DNA from: Octopus sinensis
Lineage: Eukaryota
Reading direction: 5' to 3'
Length of the DNA: 64,000 nt
Assembly (NCBI RefSeq): GCF_006345805.1
Contig: NW_021835993.1
Coordinates: forward strand, 186,001 to 250,000
Shown: in pieces, positions 38,801-50,529 of the stretch
How positions within the stretch are numbered: the first letter of the stretch is position 1
Layout: the number at the start of each line of letters is the position of its first letter
Program-made: the position numbers and the translations under genes
The notes under the pieces: generated by a model
Seen by the model: the letters and a program-made list of their open reading frames with translations, nothing else
What the model was told of the DNA's origin: nothing
The model's database searches: none

Positions 38801-39370
38801 AACAATAGGATAAACATAAAATGAGGAACTTTTAGAAGGACTTCCAAAAACATCTGAACTCAATTCTATAAAGAGCTAGCAAAATAATCACATATATTGG
38901 TTGGTCTGTGTTATACTTGGGTATATACTTAATTGCCACAACGGATATTTGAGTCCCCGAGCAAAATTGTGGTCTCCTTGTCTTAAGTTTATTCAACACA
39001 CTGGGAGGGGAATATGGACAATCATTGCGACGAACCATCTGTTCTGACAATATTAAACTGTCTACCACAATGAAAGAATGGGAATTGCTTTCGAAACTTT
39101 AAACAAGTCCACGCCCAATCTTTGACGCATTTCTCGATTGACTTGAGATATTTCGAAAATAGTTAGCAATCACGCTGCTAAATTCGGTGACAGTCGTACA
39201 TGTTGGTACGGTGAGAATAATCTTTCCAAGTTCTATATAAGCCATCGTGGAAAAAACATGGATTTCCTATGCCTTTCTATAAAGACAAATCTGGTCTGAA
39301 AAGAGAATTAACTGAACACAGAAAATTTCTTATTCTGGCTTCTCTTGATTGGTAGAAAAGATAAAAGTTG

Positions 39371-39579
39371 CGCACAGAGTAATTGACAAACATTATATTT
39401 TTTGATATATCTGTAGAATGAGAGATTCCGGAGTACTTTGAGAGATCCCTCACCCCATAAAGGATGCTTCGACCGGATCGGGGACTGCTAAACCGGATAG
39501 AATGCCAAGCAAAAAGCAGAGGACTGAAAGGGTCATCCTGGTGAACAATCGCACAGAGTAATAGACAAACATTATATTT
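39371..39579 (-). repeat. 30-bp direct repeats flanking a 149-bp RT-like fragment
   Basis: CGCACAGAGTAAT(T/A)GACAAACATTATATTT at 39371-39400 and 39550-39579. The insert reads QDDPFSPLLF on the minus strand. Confidence 0.75.
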
Positions 39580-39621
39580 ATATTAAATTATTAATATTAT
39601 TTAAATTGTGTTCTCGTCGAT

Positions 39622-40137
39622 ATGATCTTAGTTTTGCTAAGCATAGTCTACCCTCTTTCCTCCACTGACATTCCCCCGTCCCCGAACAAAAACGTAAGGA
39701 TAATTAATTCTCACTCACAGACCGACTATTTTGTTCACCAAAGTCCCCAAATCTCCACGTTTCCTCAAACTGATATCCTTAGGCCACCTACCTGCTACTC
39801 CACATTTTTTTCTGTCACATTTCGTCAAGTTTTACAAACAGCAAAGACACGGGTTGGCACAGTTGGATTTAATTTTCAGATTCATTTGCTCGGATTTGCT
39901 GCATTCCTTTTTCTTGGAGTGTCGATCTTCTTGTATTTGAGAAAAAAGTCAATTTCCGAGCCGACAGACACAACTGATAGTCATGCTGATGATCTTGACA
40001 GAAAATGTTCAGATCCTGAAGGAGAGTACTCCTCTGCATTGAGTGCCCCCTTAATCATGGTCTGTGCACGTGTCCTGGATTGCATCAGACCTCGCAGGGG
40101 ACGTCGACAGAAAATGGTTTTGTGGACAAAAAAATAA
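39622..40137 (+). CDS. Small putative single-pass membrane protein
   Basis: Signal-like N-terminus and TM segment LLGFAAFLFLGVSIFLYL followed by RKK. Only the 3' part is copied at 59098-59301. Confidence 0.5.
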   Translation: MILVLLSIVYPLSSTDIPPSPNKNVRIINSHSQTDYFVHQSPQISTFPQTDILRPPTCYSTFFSVTFRQVLQTAKTRVGTVGFNFQIHLLGFAAFLFLGVSIFLYLRKKSISEPTDTTDSHADDLDRKCSDPEGEYSSALSAPLIMVCARVLDCIRPRRGRRQKMVLWTKK

Positions 40138-40910
40138 ATTCCTTCGGCCAACAGACTGATCCGCTTACACATTCGGGGTTCTTTGGGAAGAAAGAGGCAA
40201 AAGTGAGTGGAGAATGCGTGATGTGTTTAAAAGGAGGTTTTGTCCTTGTTGGATTCCTTTGGGGAGGTGAGGGATGTCATTTTGTCGGATTCCGTGACCA
40301 CCGAGGACGAGAAACGTAGGATATTTTTATTTGTCCCCGAATAGTCCAACTCCTCAAAAACGTGGCCAGAGATTTCTTGGACGTGAAAAAAGTAGACGAA
40401 TTGTTTGTGTTTAGTCCGCGGACAAACTCAGTTTGATGGAACGAAGACTTGGGGCGGCCGAGGACGCCCACGAGCGGGCAGTCCGAGAGAACATGGCACT
40501 CCGAGGTTGCCCTGTGCGGATTTTTCAGAAAAGAATGGACTGTTGCAGGCCCAGATGGACGGATTGAGGGCGGAGAAGCGACAACTGAGTCTGACAAGCG
40601 AATACCTTGGCAGAGAAAATGGTGTTTTGAAGAACCAGTTGGTTGAAAGAGTGCGAGGAGGTGAGACACCTGTCAGGAGGGAGGACGAGGAGTGTTTTGT
40701 ATGGCTGATTTAGTGTAGGGAATGTGTGGAGTGGAGAGTGCGATGTCTCAACTATTTGACTCAATTGCAGCGAAGTGAGATCAGAAACAACCAACTCACC
40801 AATTCGTAAGTGAATCTTTATTTACAGCAGATTACTCAAACTGGAAAGTGATCGTCGTCGAGACTGCATTTGACTATTATTTTGTCAAACTCGATAAAAT
40901 CTTGTGGTTT
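40080..40910 (+). CDS. Unknown coiled-coil protein (copy 1), mini-intron-split; start uncertain
   Basis: Introns at 40203-40233, ~40316-40344 and ~40394-40416 give EVLSLLDSFGE..KLQLLKNVARDFLDVKK|SADKLSLMERRL.. Confidence 0.55.
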
Positions 40911-41064
40911 TAATGTGAGTTTTTATGAGGAGAATAGTAATGCCTAGTCATCTGCAACATTTCCAAACAATCTTAAATTAATGTTAACTTTGATTAGTTT
41001 AGTGTGACTAAGTTTAAAAAGAATTAGTAAAATTAGTTTGGGCAATGATAATTAATTTGAGTTA

Positions 41065-42977
41065 ATGTTTTGTGACAGAATCGGCAGTGATGGGCCCGTC
41101 ACGTTCACAATCCAACAACACTCCAAAGACTTGGTGTGTCTGCTAACCTACGTCCGACGCAACTCCCAACTCTTTGACGTTCGACTCAAAGTGGAGGAAG
41201 TGGTCATCAACGCCCACAGAATAGTCCTCTGTGCCTGCTCCAATTACTTCAGGAAAATGTTTCTGTGCGGAATGGTCGAGTCCACGTCTGACGAGATACA
41301 TATTCAGAACGTGGATTCGAGGATAATGCAACTCATCGTGGACTACGCTTACACTGGGGAAATTCTCATTTCTTCACAAAACGTGGAAAGACTGTTGGCA
41401 GCCTCAGTCTTGCTGCAAGTCCAGGCAGTGACGGTCAGTTGCTGCACTTTTCTGGGGAATAAGATGACCCCCTTGAATTGCATGGCAATTGCTCGGTTTG
41501 CCACGACACACGCGTCCCCCGAATGTCAGGCTCTTTGGGAGAAGGCGGTCGAGTATTCCTTCACCAGGTTCTCAGAGGTCTCCAAGTCGGATGACTTTCT
41601 ACAACTCCCTGAAGAAGAACTCGTCCAAATCCTGACGAATGAACGACTGTTTACTCGTGTAAGAATGAGTGCTTATTCAAGTGCGAGTCGGAAGTGTTTT
41701 TTGCAGTTGTGGGGTGGATTGAAAGGGATTATCACACCCGTTTTGACAGATTCGACAGACTCATGTCCTTGGTCAACTTTGGCGGACTTCCTCTCACATT
41801 TCTCCGCAAACAACTCACCAATCCGCTCAAAACCACTCAGGTGTGTGTCATACACTCACTGCAGTCGCCCAAATGCAAGAACTACATTCAATCACTCATT
41901 TGGCGAATGGAGAACCCCGCCATCCCTCTTGATTGCTGTCACAGGGATGGACCCTTGAAGGTTATTTACGTGGTCGGGGGGTACAACGTCAAATCTATAT
42001 CCCTCTTTGAGTGCTTTTGTCTGTCCTCAAAACGCTGGTTCAGACTTCCGGACATTCCATCTATTCGAAGTGGGCTGTGTTGTGCCATGACCCACCAATA
42101 TTTGTATGTCATTGGCGGAAAAAACGGGAATTTCTTCCGCGGAACTGCCTTCAAGACTGTCTCTCGCTATGACCCGACTACAAATTGCTGGCAGGAGTGC
42201 TGCAGTATGCACGAGGGTCGGCACAGAGCAGGAGTGGGGGTAATCGACCATCAGATTTACATCACTGGGGGGTTGAGTGAGGTAGAACAACTCGCGTCTG
42301 TCGAAAAGTTGTTGTTTTGTTAACATTTGAGATATTCTCCCTCTGGGAACGTGTGGACGTGTGTGGCCTCCATGCCCAGTCCTCGGATTGGACATGGCTG
42401 TGCTGTCCTCTACAGACATCTCTACGCGGTGGGGGGAATCAGAGGGGACAGTCGCCTCAGTTCGGTCATTCGGTATTCTCCCGACGACGACGTGTGGACT
42501 GAGGTGGCTTCACTCAATTTCCCTCGAAGTGGAGCAGGTTGGGCATTACAATTCATGTTGAGCATGTTGTGCTACGTCCTCTCATATTTATGTGGTGGGG
42601 GATATGACGGGGAGAATATCATGTCTTCTGTGGAGAGGTACGACCCCCTCACGGACACCTGGAGTCTGATGTCCCCCATGCCCGTCCCTGTCAGCGGACT
42701 GGCCTGTACGGCAGTGTGTCCGGATATAATCTTTGCCTTTGGTGTGATCAGTGTCCACATTTTAGGTGGATATAATGGTCGGGAATTTGTCAATCATTTG
42801 CAAATTTATAATATTGAGAGTGATCAGTGGAGGAACCAGCCTACCGACAACTTTGGAAGGACGGGTCACGGCGTGATTGTTGGGGGGAGGCCTCAAATTA
42901 TTCACCAGTTGGTCTTTGTTGACTATTGTAGGATGAGGGGGCAGAATATTTATTACATGTGTGGTAGTATTAAATGA
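41065..42977 (+). CDS. KEAP1: BTB-BACK-Kelch protein, KEAP1-like (copy 1; 1-nt deletion near 42600)
   Basis: AHRIVLCACSNYF (BTB), CESEVFFAV (BACK) and Kelch repeats (IYVVGGY; YDP..W..M..R.RAGVGVID). Introns of 23-25 nt. Confidence 0.85.
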
Positions 42978-43499
42978 TTATTTAATCAAGTTATATTATG
43001 TATTTCCACTGATATGCGGTATTCCGCAGCCATTATATCATTTCTCTAAAATTCCAAGCCAAGTATTTACTGGTTAACTCACGACTGAGTATCTGGCTAT
43101 CCTCCTGCTTTGGTTTTAGTCGAATATTTAAGTAAAAGGAATTTGGACAGGAATTGGTAGGAAAATGTTTTTTGATTTACCTAACTTACTCCAATAGCGT
43201 TTATTTTACTCACCAGTTTGCAGTTAATTCAGTTTATTGCAGTTCACCTCGACCTAAAAAACATAGGAAATTCGTATAGACAAGACTTGGATTGACATTC
43301 CCGAGATGTTCTAATCCGAAGTTTACCAAATACATCGTATCTTTTGAATTACTAAACCGCATTACATTCAAGGGCTTTTCAATCCGGAAGAATTTTTCTC
43401 TTTGACTGCCATAGTTCTTAATGTTCAGCTTCTTGTACTTCAACTGCCCAACATATATTGTCGATATCTGTCAATTTATTAAAATCGCAAACTTAGGAT

Positions 43500-45200
43500 G
43501 TAACTACTCGATTCAGAGATTTGAATAAAACTGGTAATCTTTGAATTTATTATTCTACTTTTCATTTTTCAATAAATATCACTCCTTCCAACTTCCCCAT
43601 GAAAGTTTGCTTGCATTAGGTCTTCCTAGACATTCCTGGAAAAACATTACACAGATCATCGCTGGCTATGCCCACCGAGAGATCATACAAAAGATTGTCA
43701 ACTCTCATTGAAAAGAGGAAAAGAAGTGAGTTTGGGGCTCTTTCTATCTTCAAGGCTTGTGGCATCGTGTGAATTAAGCGGTCAATTTGATTTGTTGGTA
43801 TGAGGAGTTTGTCGTCCCTGAAGGCAAGGATAATTGATTAAATGTTCTTTTCTATATGTGAAGAAAGATCAGAACATGAGATCGGAAATCTTTATTATTA
43901 AAAGCTCGAATATTTGAATACTTATTTTTGACTAGTTCTAACAACGGACAAAACTTTTTTTTTTTTTTTATGAAAAAATTTAATTTATACAAACAAGACA
44001 AAAATTACAGATAGCTAAGTTAGTTAAAGGCCTCACGAGACACCCGACCAGCCGCGCGAATGGCGAAGACGTTCCCTCGGATCACAGCAATCGACAGACG
44101 TTCCAGGAGCCAAGAAAACTCTCTTGGATCGTGACTAGTCCTTGAAATCCGTCGACCGAGCGAGCGAAGGAAGCGGAGTGTCTTGGGACCGAAGATCCCG
44201 GAGGACTCAAGGCAATTGGAGTAAAGAGCAGCGAGTTGGACAGGTGGCCGTACTTGAGAATCTTTCGCTCCTCGGCCTGCCTGGAAGCGTGCCCAGGATT
44301 GGCGGCGGACAGCGCGAGATTTCCCAGCGAGAACGTGTCCGAGCAGTAGAATCCCAAATAAGGGATTTCCCCCTTATTTGGGATTCTACCTGTCGATGGA
44401 CAAAACTGTCGATGGCTCAATTTATTCGGAATTATTTTATTCACTATCATGATAACCACTCCCACAAATTCACAGTAAATATGCGCAAAGTGGTAGATGA
44501 TGCAATGAAACCTTGTCAAATCTCTACCCAAATAACTTTGAAGTGAATTCAACAAGGCTTTCTGTGGTCTTTAATACTTTGCGTCCCAGCAGTAGATATC
44601 CACGTGGTGTTTATCCCTTGCCTGATAGGGCCTCGTATTGTTAGGTAGTGGGAGAGGATTTTGATAGAGATCTGTTTGTCTAAATAAATCGTGTTGCATG
44701 CTCTCCAATTTTTCCGAAGCACGACTAATTTGATAAATGCTTTTTCTATTACAAGGAAATTTAAGTTGGTTTTGTAGTACTTTGAAACGATTCCGTCTCA
44801 CGTAAACACAATGGAGATTCTTTTCATTTTCACACAATTCCCAATTCTCACACGTCATCTTTATGGATTTTCTTCACGTGGACTTGTTTCACTAACTTTG
44901 CAAGTTTATGCCAATATCGATGAGTGTGCTCATGCTTGTCGGCTTAATAAAATATCCGGTTTGTTGTTTTCTAGTTCTGATTGTTGTATTCACTCTTACT
45001 TCGACAAACTCATTCGCCACAATAGATTTTGAGCTTTCTGGTCTTTCTTACTTTAAAATATAAGTATTCTCACTCATTGCTTTGGCAGTTAATTGTGTGT
45101 CCCCGTTTATTTTAGGTACCACGACCTTCAAAATATGGGCAATTCAAAAGATCAAAACTGTTTTCTGTCGTCAATTCGTATGGGCACAGAAAATAGACTG
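43500..45200 (-). mobile_element. Decayed hAT transposase remnant hosting the CRE insertion (limits approximate)
   Basis: FHCIIYH..VIMIVNKI..LSHRQFCPLLE resembles hAT HCIIHQ..IVNKIR..LNHRQF. Confidence 0.6.
43956..44397 (-). mobile_element. 5'-truncated CRE insertion with poly(A) tail and 10-bp TSD
   Basis: TSD GGACAAAACT at 43946-43955 and 44398-44407; T-run at 43956-43969 on the plus strand; REL motif WDFYCSDTF..AEERKILKY. The paralogous site at ~63107-63116 is empty. Confidence 0.95.
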
Positions 45201-45713
45201 ATTGACATTCCTGAGTTTGTGATTAAATTGATTCACGATTTGTCTATAACTAAAATCAATGAATTCTAGATGTAGACATGATATAATCAACTCTAAATTA
45301 TGCAGAGTCTTTGATCAAATGTATAATCTCTTCCGAATGCCATAACATTTGTATGAATGTTTTCATAAAGTCAATGAATACAACACTTAGACAGTTCGGG
45401 TTGGTTTATTAGAGGCAAAAACTTTATTTTTGTGGTTTAGAATGAGACTGAAGTGCCGATATTGAGGTTAACTGGATTGTCGAGATATCACAATTTGCGT
45501 GGATAGCGGAGGTTATAACATTATTGGCGCATTACATACAAATCGTAACTGAATTACGTGCGTAATAAACATGGAGGAGATGGTAATAACTGCTTTCCTG
45601 CATTATCAACAATATTCTGCTTAGTTGAGAAAGTTTAAATACGCTAATCTTATTTTGGACTACAAATATAAATTATTTTTTAAAAATTGTTTTTGTAGTG
45701 GAATATAGGCGTG

Positions 45714-46324
45714 ATGGAGTACACCAAGCTACTATATCAGGCAGCACTGAATGCGGCAGAGGACAAAGTGAGGCCATCTCTCCTCATAAACTATTAGAAA
45801 AAGCTCGCCCAACTAGAAATCAGGAGGACAAGCTCAACCCCGAACATCGAACGAAACGTGGTGCCAATTGGTAAACTCTGACAGCTCATATTCCAGGAAT
45901 CTTCAAAGGTCCTTATAGGCCGAAAGTTGGAAAGTCAAGGACGCACGTGGAAATTCCAAAATCTAAAAAAGGGGATCAAACAGACCCCAAACCAATGGAT
46001 TACGAATCTCTGCTTAAGCTGGCCAAGGAGCAACAGGAAGAAACGTTCAGTTCAAAAAAGGTGACCAAAGAGCAGAATAATAAAAAATCCGTTAAAATGC
46101 CGTCTAAAAAATCGAGAAAAAGTGAGAAAGAGAGAAACAAGAAAAAACCCAGGAGAACAAGCGCAAAAAAGAGCACTGGAGACATGAATTCATTCGAGTC
46201 GCTGATGGCAGAGGAGAGAAGAAGGTTTTGGTGGAATTAACGACTCTTTAGTATCCGCATTGGGATGATGGAAGACGCCCGAGAACTTTTGCTAGAGCAA
46301 AGGGCCAAAAGACGACGTAAATAG
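45714..46324 (+). CDS. SPTY2D1: SPT2 chromatin protein homolog, short
   Basis: PMDYESLLKLAKEQQ and the C-terminal FESLMAEERR|SIRIGMMED..ELLLEQ motif. Confidence 0.7.
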
Positions 46325-46724
46325 ATTTATCAATATATTTTTTGTTTATTTGTACAGTCTGAGTAGGTCAAGCCGCAATTGTATCATGGAAATGTTTAAA
46401 ATACAAATAGCCTCCTCCCAAACAAGTAAAAATGTGGCCTTGCTCATATTCGCATAACTTCATTTGTGTAAAACATATCAATCCCTTCCATTCATATAGT
46501 CCTTGTAGCTTTTTTATGGCTATAAAGCTGTCCATTCTGAACCTCCAATTTGAAAATTCTTTCGGGTTTCTACCTGCAGACGGTATATTTTACTTCCCCG
46601 GACTCTGTGTTGTACATAAAGACTGCGCTTTTGTCAGGAATTCCTAATCCACCTCCGTTTCCTTCTATTCTCAATTTTTTTAAACTTGACCTTGTACAAA
46701 AAAATGTAATCCGAAACTAATCTT

Positions 46725-46960
46725 TACGGACGGGAAGCTGACGCGATCGAGAAAGAGTTAGAGCGTACTATCGCCGGAGATATCCGCTCGAAAACCATCT
46801 CGATTCGCGGGCGTCGCCTGTGAGAGCAGATATGCGGAACCCGATCTCCTAAACGAAGCTGATTTCCTTTTCGCCCAAGGAACCGGAAGTCTCAACCGCG
46901 AATGGAAGGAATTGGAACTTCTCCGTAAGTGAGGAGTACTTGAGTACTTCTTCTATTCTT
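46725..46960 (-). mobile_element. CRE 3' end
   Basis: LKYSSLTEKFQFLPFAVETSGSLG..ISALTGDARE..ERISPAIVRSN. Confidence 0.85.
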
Positions 46961-47815
46961 AAACAGCCAATTTTTTGTTCTCTTTTTAGCTTATGTTTTT
47001 AAATTTTTTACTCTCATTTTAAAATTATTCGAAAAAGAAACCAGGTCTATAAATTATTTTATTACCAACTTTGGTCAGTTTAACATCTTTATCTTATTTT
47101 TAATCTATCACGGGAATAATATTTATCATTAATCTTATGTTAAGGTACATAAATCGGTCGGTTGGGTTTTGACCTAAACTCAAATGATGTAAAATTTTTG
47201 CATTGGTCGTTATGATTTCCTGTATAAAAAATTGCGATAAAAGCCGCAATTTTTTTCAGCTAAGTGTCCTCACTACATGCTAGATCCGCATGTTGATTGG
47301 CCACAGAAGTGTACTTTTCGTTGTCTTATTCTTTTTCTATGTTTGATGAGCATACTTTAGCACAACCGACCTCTCATTCCTTTTCAATAAATCACTTATC
47401 CACATGACTTTTAAAGAACTTTGAGACAACTCCATTGGAATAATTTGTTACTTTTACTTCATAGAGAACCCACAATTCGTTTGGAGGCAGGTCTTATTTG
47501 TGAAATTTTTTCACTTCAACTTGTTTTAACCGGTCTTGTGAGGTAATACCCACTTCGAATAAATGTCAGGTTTATTAAATTGAACTTTTTTTCCGGTCTT
47601 AATTGACTTGTCAACTCTGATTTCGACATTATTGGCGTTACCGAATGTCTTCAATTTCCTGCTTCGTTTAATTTTATACAAAAGATATTAGTAATAATGA
47701 AATTTATCAAATTAATTTTTGTGTTTTTTCTTGTCCCATAATTAATCTTAATTTAATTTAAAATTAGTAACACAAAATGATTATAAAAACTCATTCAATA
47801 AAATGCGTATGAACT

Positions 47816-48348
47816 ATGAACAACAAAACTAAACTGTCAGAAAAAGACATGCTAAGTTTGAAAAAGAAAATAGTCGTTAGATTATAAAGAGGCGTTCTCC
47901 CTCTTTGAGAAGGACTGCGAAGGCACAATCACCCAAAATGAACTTAAACACACAATCCGCGCACTCGGGCACATATTTTCGGAGGACGAATTCGCGGAAT
48001 TTATCATTAAACAAAACTTTCAAAGTTGAATTGTTTTTAGATATTGAGATAAAAACAACTTCAATTTCACCGAATTTGTGGAGATTATGTCCACTAAATT
48101 TGTCCCCAAAAGTCTGGAGAAATCCTACCGCGAAACATTTAAGTTTTTGGACAGATCGAACGACGGGATCATTTCCGCGGACGAACTCGCAAAAGCAATG
48201 CTTAAATTGGACATAAATCTAACTCCGGAAAATGTGATGAGAATGATTAGAGAAATTGACACCGACAACAGTGGCCTGATAGATCTCGAAGGTTGGCGTT
48301 TAGCTGTCTTTCTTAGAATTCCTCTCTCTAATGATGGCCAAACAATAA
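47816..48348 (+). CDS. Divergent calmodulin-like EF-hand protein
   Basis: MNNKTKLSEKDML|NYKEAFSLFEKDCEGTI..|NKNNFNFTEFVEIM..LDRSNDGIISADEL..IDTDNSGLIDLE|EFLSLM, with three introns of 24-25 nt. Confidence 0.88.
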
Positions 48349-48549
48349 TATTTTTATTGGTTTTTAATTGGATTAAATTTCAACAAAACTCACAATGAAT
48401 AAATTGATTAATGTTTAAGACTTTCTATACAGTTGATGTCATCGTTTTCAGGTCGTTTAGTTCTCGAACAAACATTTAATATTACACTAAAATTAAGATA
48501 TGTGAAAATTTGCACGGTTTCTAGCCAGTTGATAGGCGTTAAAATAATA

Positions 48550-49230
48550 TGAATGACTGGTTAATGCGCTTTGAAAATTCGTGTTGTTAAAACCATCGGC
48601 GATGAATTTAGTGAAAGAACTGGGAATTTATGATCAGTAGAGGTGTTGTTCGCGCCTGCATCGAAGAGGCTCAGAGCATTGGAAGAATGTTTGAATGACG
48701 TCATTAGAGGGAACAGAGAGATCCATCCGTAGTATGTGGCCGAAGAATGTCCATCGGGTTTTATAATAGATGTCTCAAGTTCTTTGGAAACAGAGTATAA
48801 GTTTTGGTTTTTGATCTTCATCGGATAGTGTATTTCCAGTAATGCCTTGAGATGCTTCCTGTGAAAAGCACTGAGATTTTCAACACATTTCTGATCCAGT
48901 CCTCATGTTTCTGAGTTGTATAGTATGATGGGCAGGATGAAAGTCTTGTAACAATGTACTTTTACGGGATTTGAGAGATGCACGTAACTAAACTATGTCG
49001 TTTAGCCTCTTCGGTGCCAATGTCGTCAACATCTTTTTTCATTAGACATTTTCTTAGTCACCAAGCAGTGACCCGACTTTTCTTGATCTCCTCCACATCT
49101 TGCCAGTAACTTTACTTTTTCGTGTGATAAACTCAGTCTTTTGTCCCTTCATTTTTAGTCATTCAGGTTTTCTGAAACAAAATCTATGTCGTCCGCATAT
49201 AGTAATTCTATAATAGAGGTCGGCTCAAAT
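48550..49230 (-). mobile_element. RTE-like LINE 3' remnant
   Basis: LLYADDIDF and ILYNSETWGL..AFHRKHLK..YPMKIKN. Confidence 0.75.
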
Positions 49231-49269
49231 TAAATCTATATTTTTACAATTAATTTCTCACGTGTTCGT

Positions 49270-49720
49270 TATTATGATTTATAATAATAAAAAATGAAGC
49301 AAAAGACTTATTTCTTTAATCCAATTGGACTGAAGAGTTTGCATTTGTCATAAATTCTAAAAACTTGGATGTTTAACGTCAACGTTTAAAAATTCAATAT
49401 TTATCAGACTTCTACTACTGCCAGTTTTATTTTTAGTCAAGTTAAAGCTACACCCGTGGTAAAAACATAGCAGAAGCTGTTATTAATTATTTTGATACTA
49501 ATCACATTTTATTGAATAAGATTGTTTAAATATCAACAAATGGTGCAAAGAACATGGTTGGATCTAAGAAAGGTTTTGTGACAATTTTGAGATATAAAAT
49601 TGAACATGAGATATAAATTTTCATTGTGTCACAAAGTTTTTTGTTCTCAAACATTTCCTGAAGATTGACATGGAGATTAAAACGATTGAGTTATCCTATA
49701 TTAAAGAAACTCTTTTATCG
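49270..49720 (+). mobile_element. Decayed hAT remnant
   Basis: WTEEFAF..; TRGKNI..; TNGAKNMVGSKKGFV. Confidence 0.6.
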
Positions 49721-50529
49721 ATAAATAAATCATTTCAGAACAGGTCAGAATTAAATAAAAAATTAAAGCAGAATCCATGATTTTAGAAAAGAAAAATCTA
49801 CTCTCATGTTTGTTACTTTTGATTGCAAAAACAGAAGATCTAAATTTTGCACCATTTGAAATAAAATATTTTTGAATTCAAGATGCAATTACTGGAATTA
49901 AAGAATAAGAATTATGGCCTAAAAGTTTATTCACCTAACCACCGAATAAAAAGAATTAGAAAAAAAATAATTGAAATAAGAATTAACTTAAAATATTCGT
50001 GCGGAAACACGAAATAGAAAGACAAGATTTATTAATATTTGATGTATGGAATAGCCTTCCTGAGGCATTTTATCTATTAAAAAATTCGCATTTGGAATTA
50101 TAACAATATTTAGATCAACCAATATTTGCAAAAATTCATTCTCAGAAATGAATTCAATAAAATCAAAATTGAGGAGTCACCTAACCGACAAAAAGTCTTA
50201 ATTTTTGTGTAAAATTAAAAATGACTAAACACTGTCAACTGAGATAAAGGGACAATCGTTGCATTAATTATTTAATACTTTCTATGTTTAAATTTTCTTT
50301 CATGTTTTCTTTACAAAATATTAATTCCTGTTTAAATAAAAAGTGACTCTTTTCCACAAAAAAGTTGCCGATTCCTGGCTATACTCATTGCTGGTGCATA
50401 TGCGTTAATGATCGTCAGAAGCTTTTTCTACGGCATTATCTGTAAAACTGATATCCTGTCATTGATTTTCCAGTATTTGTGAATTGAGCTGAGATGGCGC
50501 TTATTGATTGAAAATTCATGTCTATGGTG

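Larger units (their letters stand above)
39934..45295 (+). repeat. Segmental duplication, copy 1
   Basis: Near-identical to 59098-64000 with scattered substitutions and small indels. Carries an extra CRE insertion. Confidence 0.97.

Noticed and set aside
38800-39350. Possible minus-strand gene fragment
   Set aside because: No coherent spliced frame or recognisable family could be assembled.
44082-44555. 157-aa ORF that looks like a novel fusion protein
   Set aside because: Chance read-through from the hAT remnant into the inserted CRE 3' end.
46390-46700. Possible Copia gag-like motif (FSNWRFRMDSF)
   Set aside because: Too short, with no LTRs or other retroviral domains nearby.
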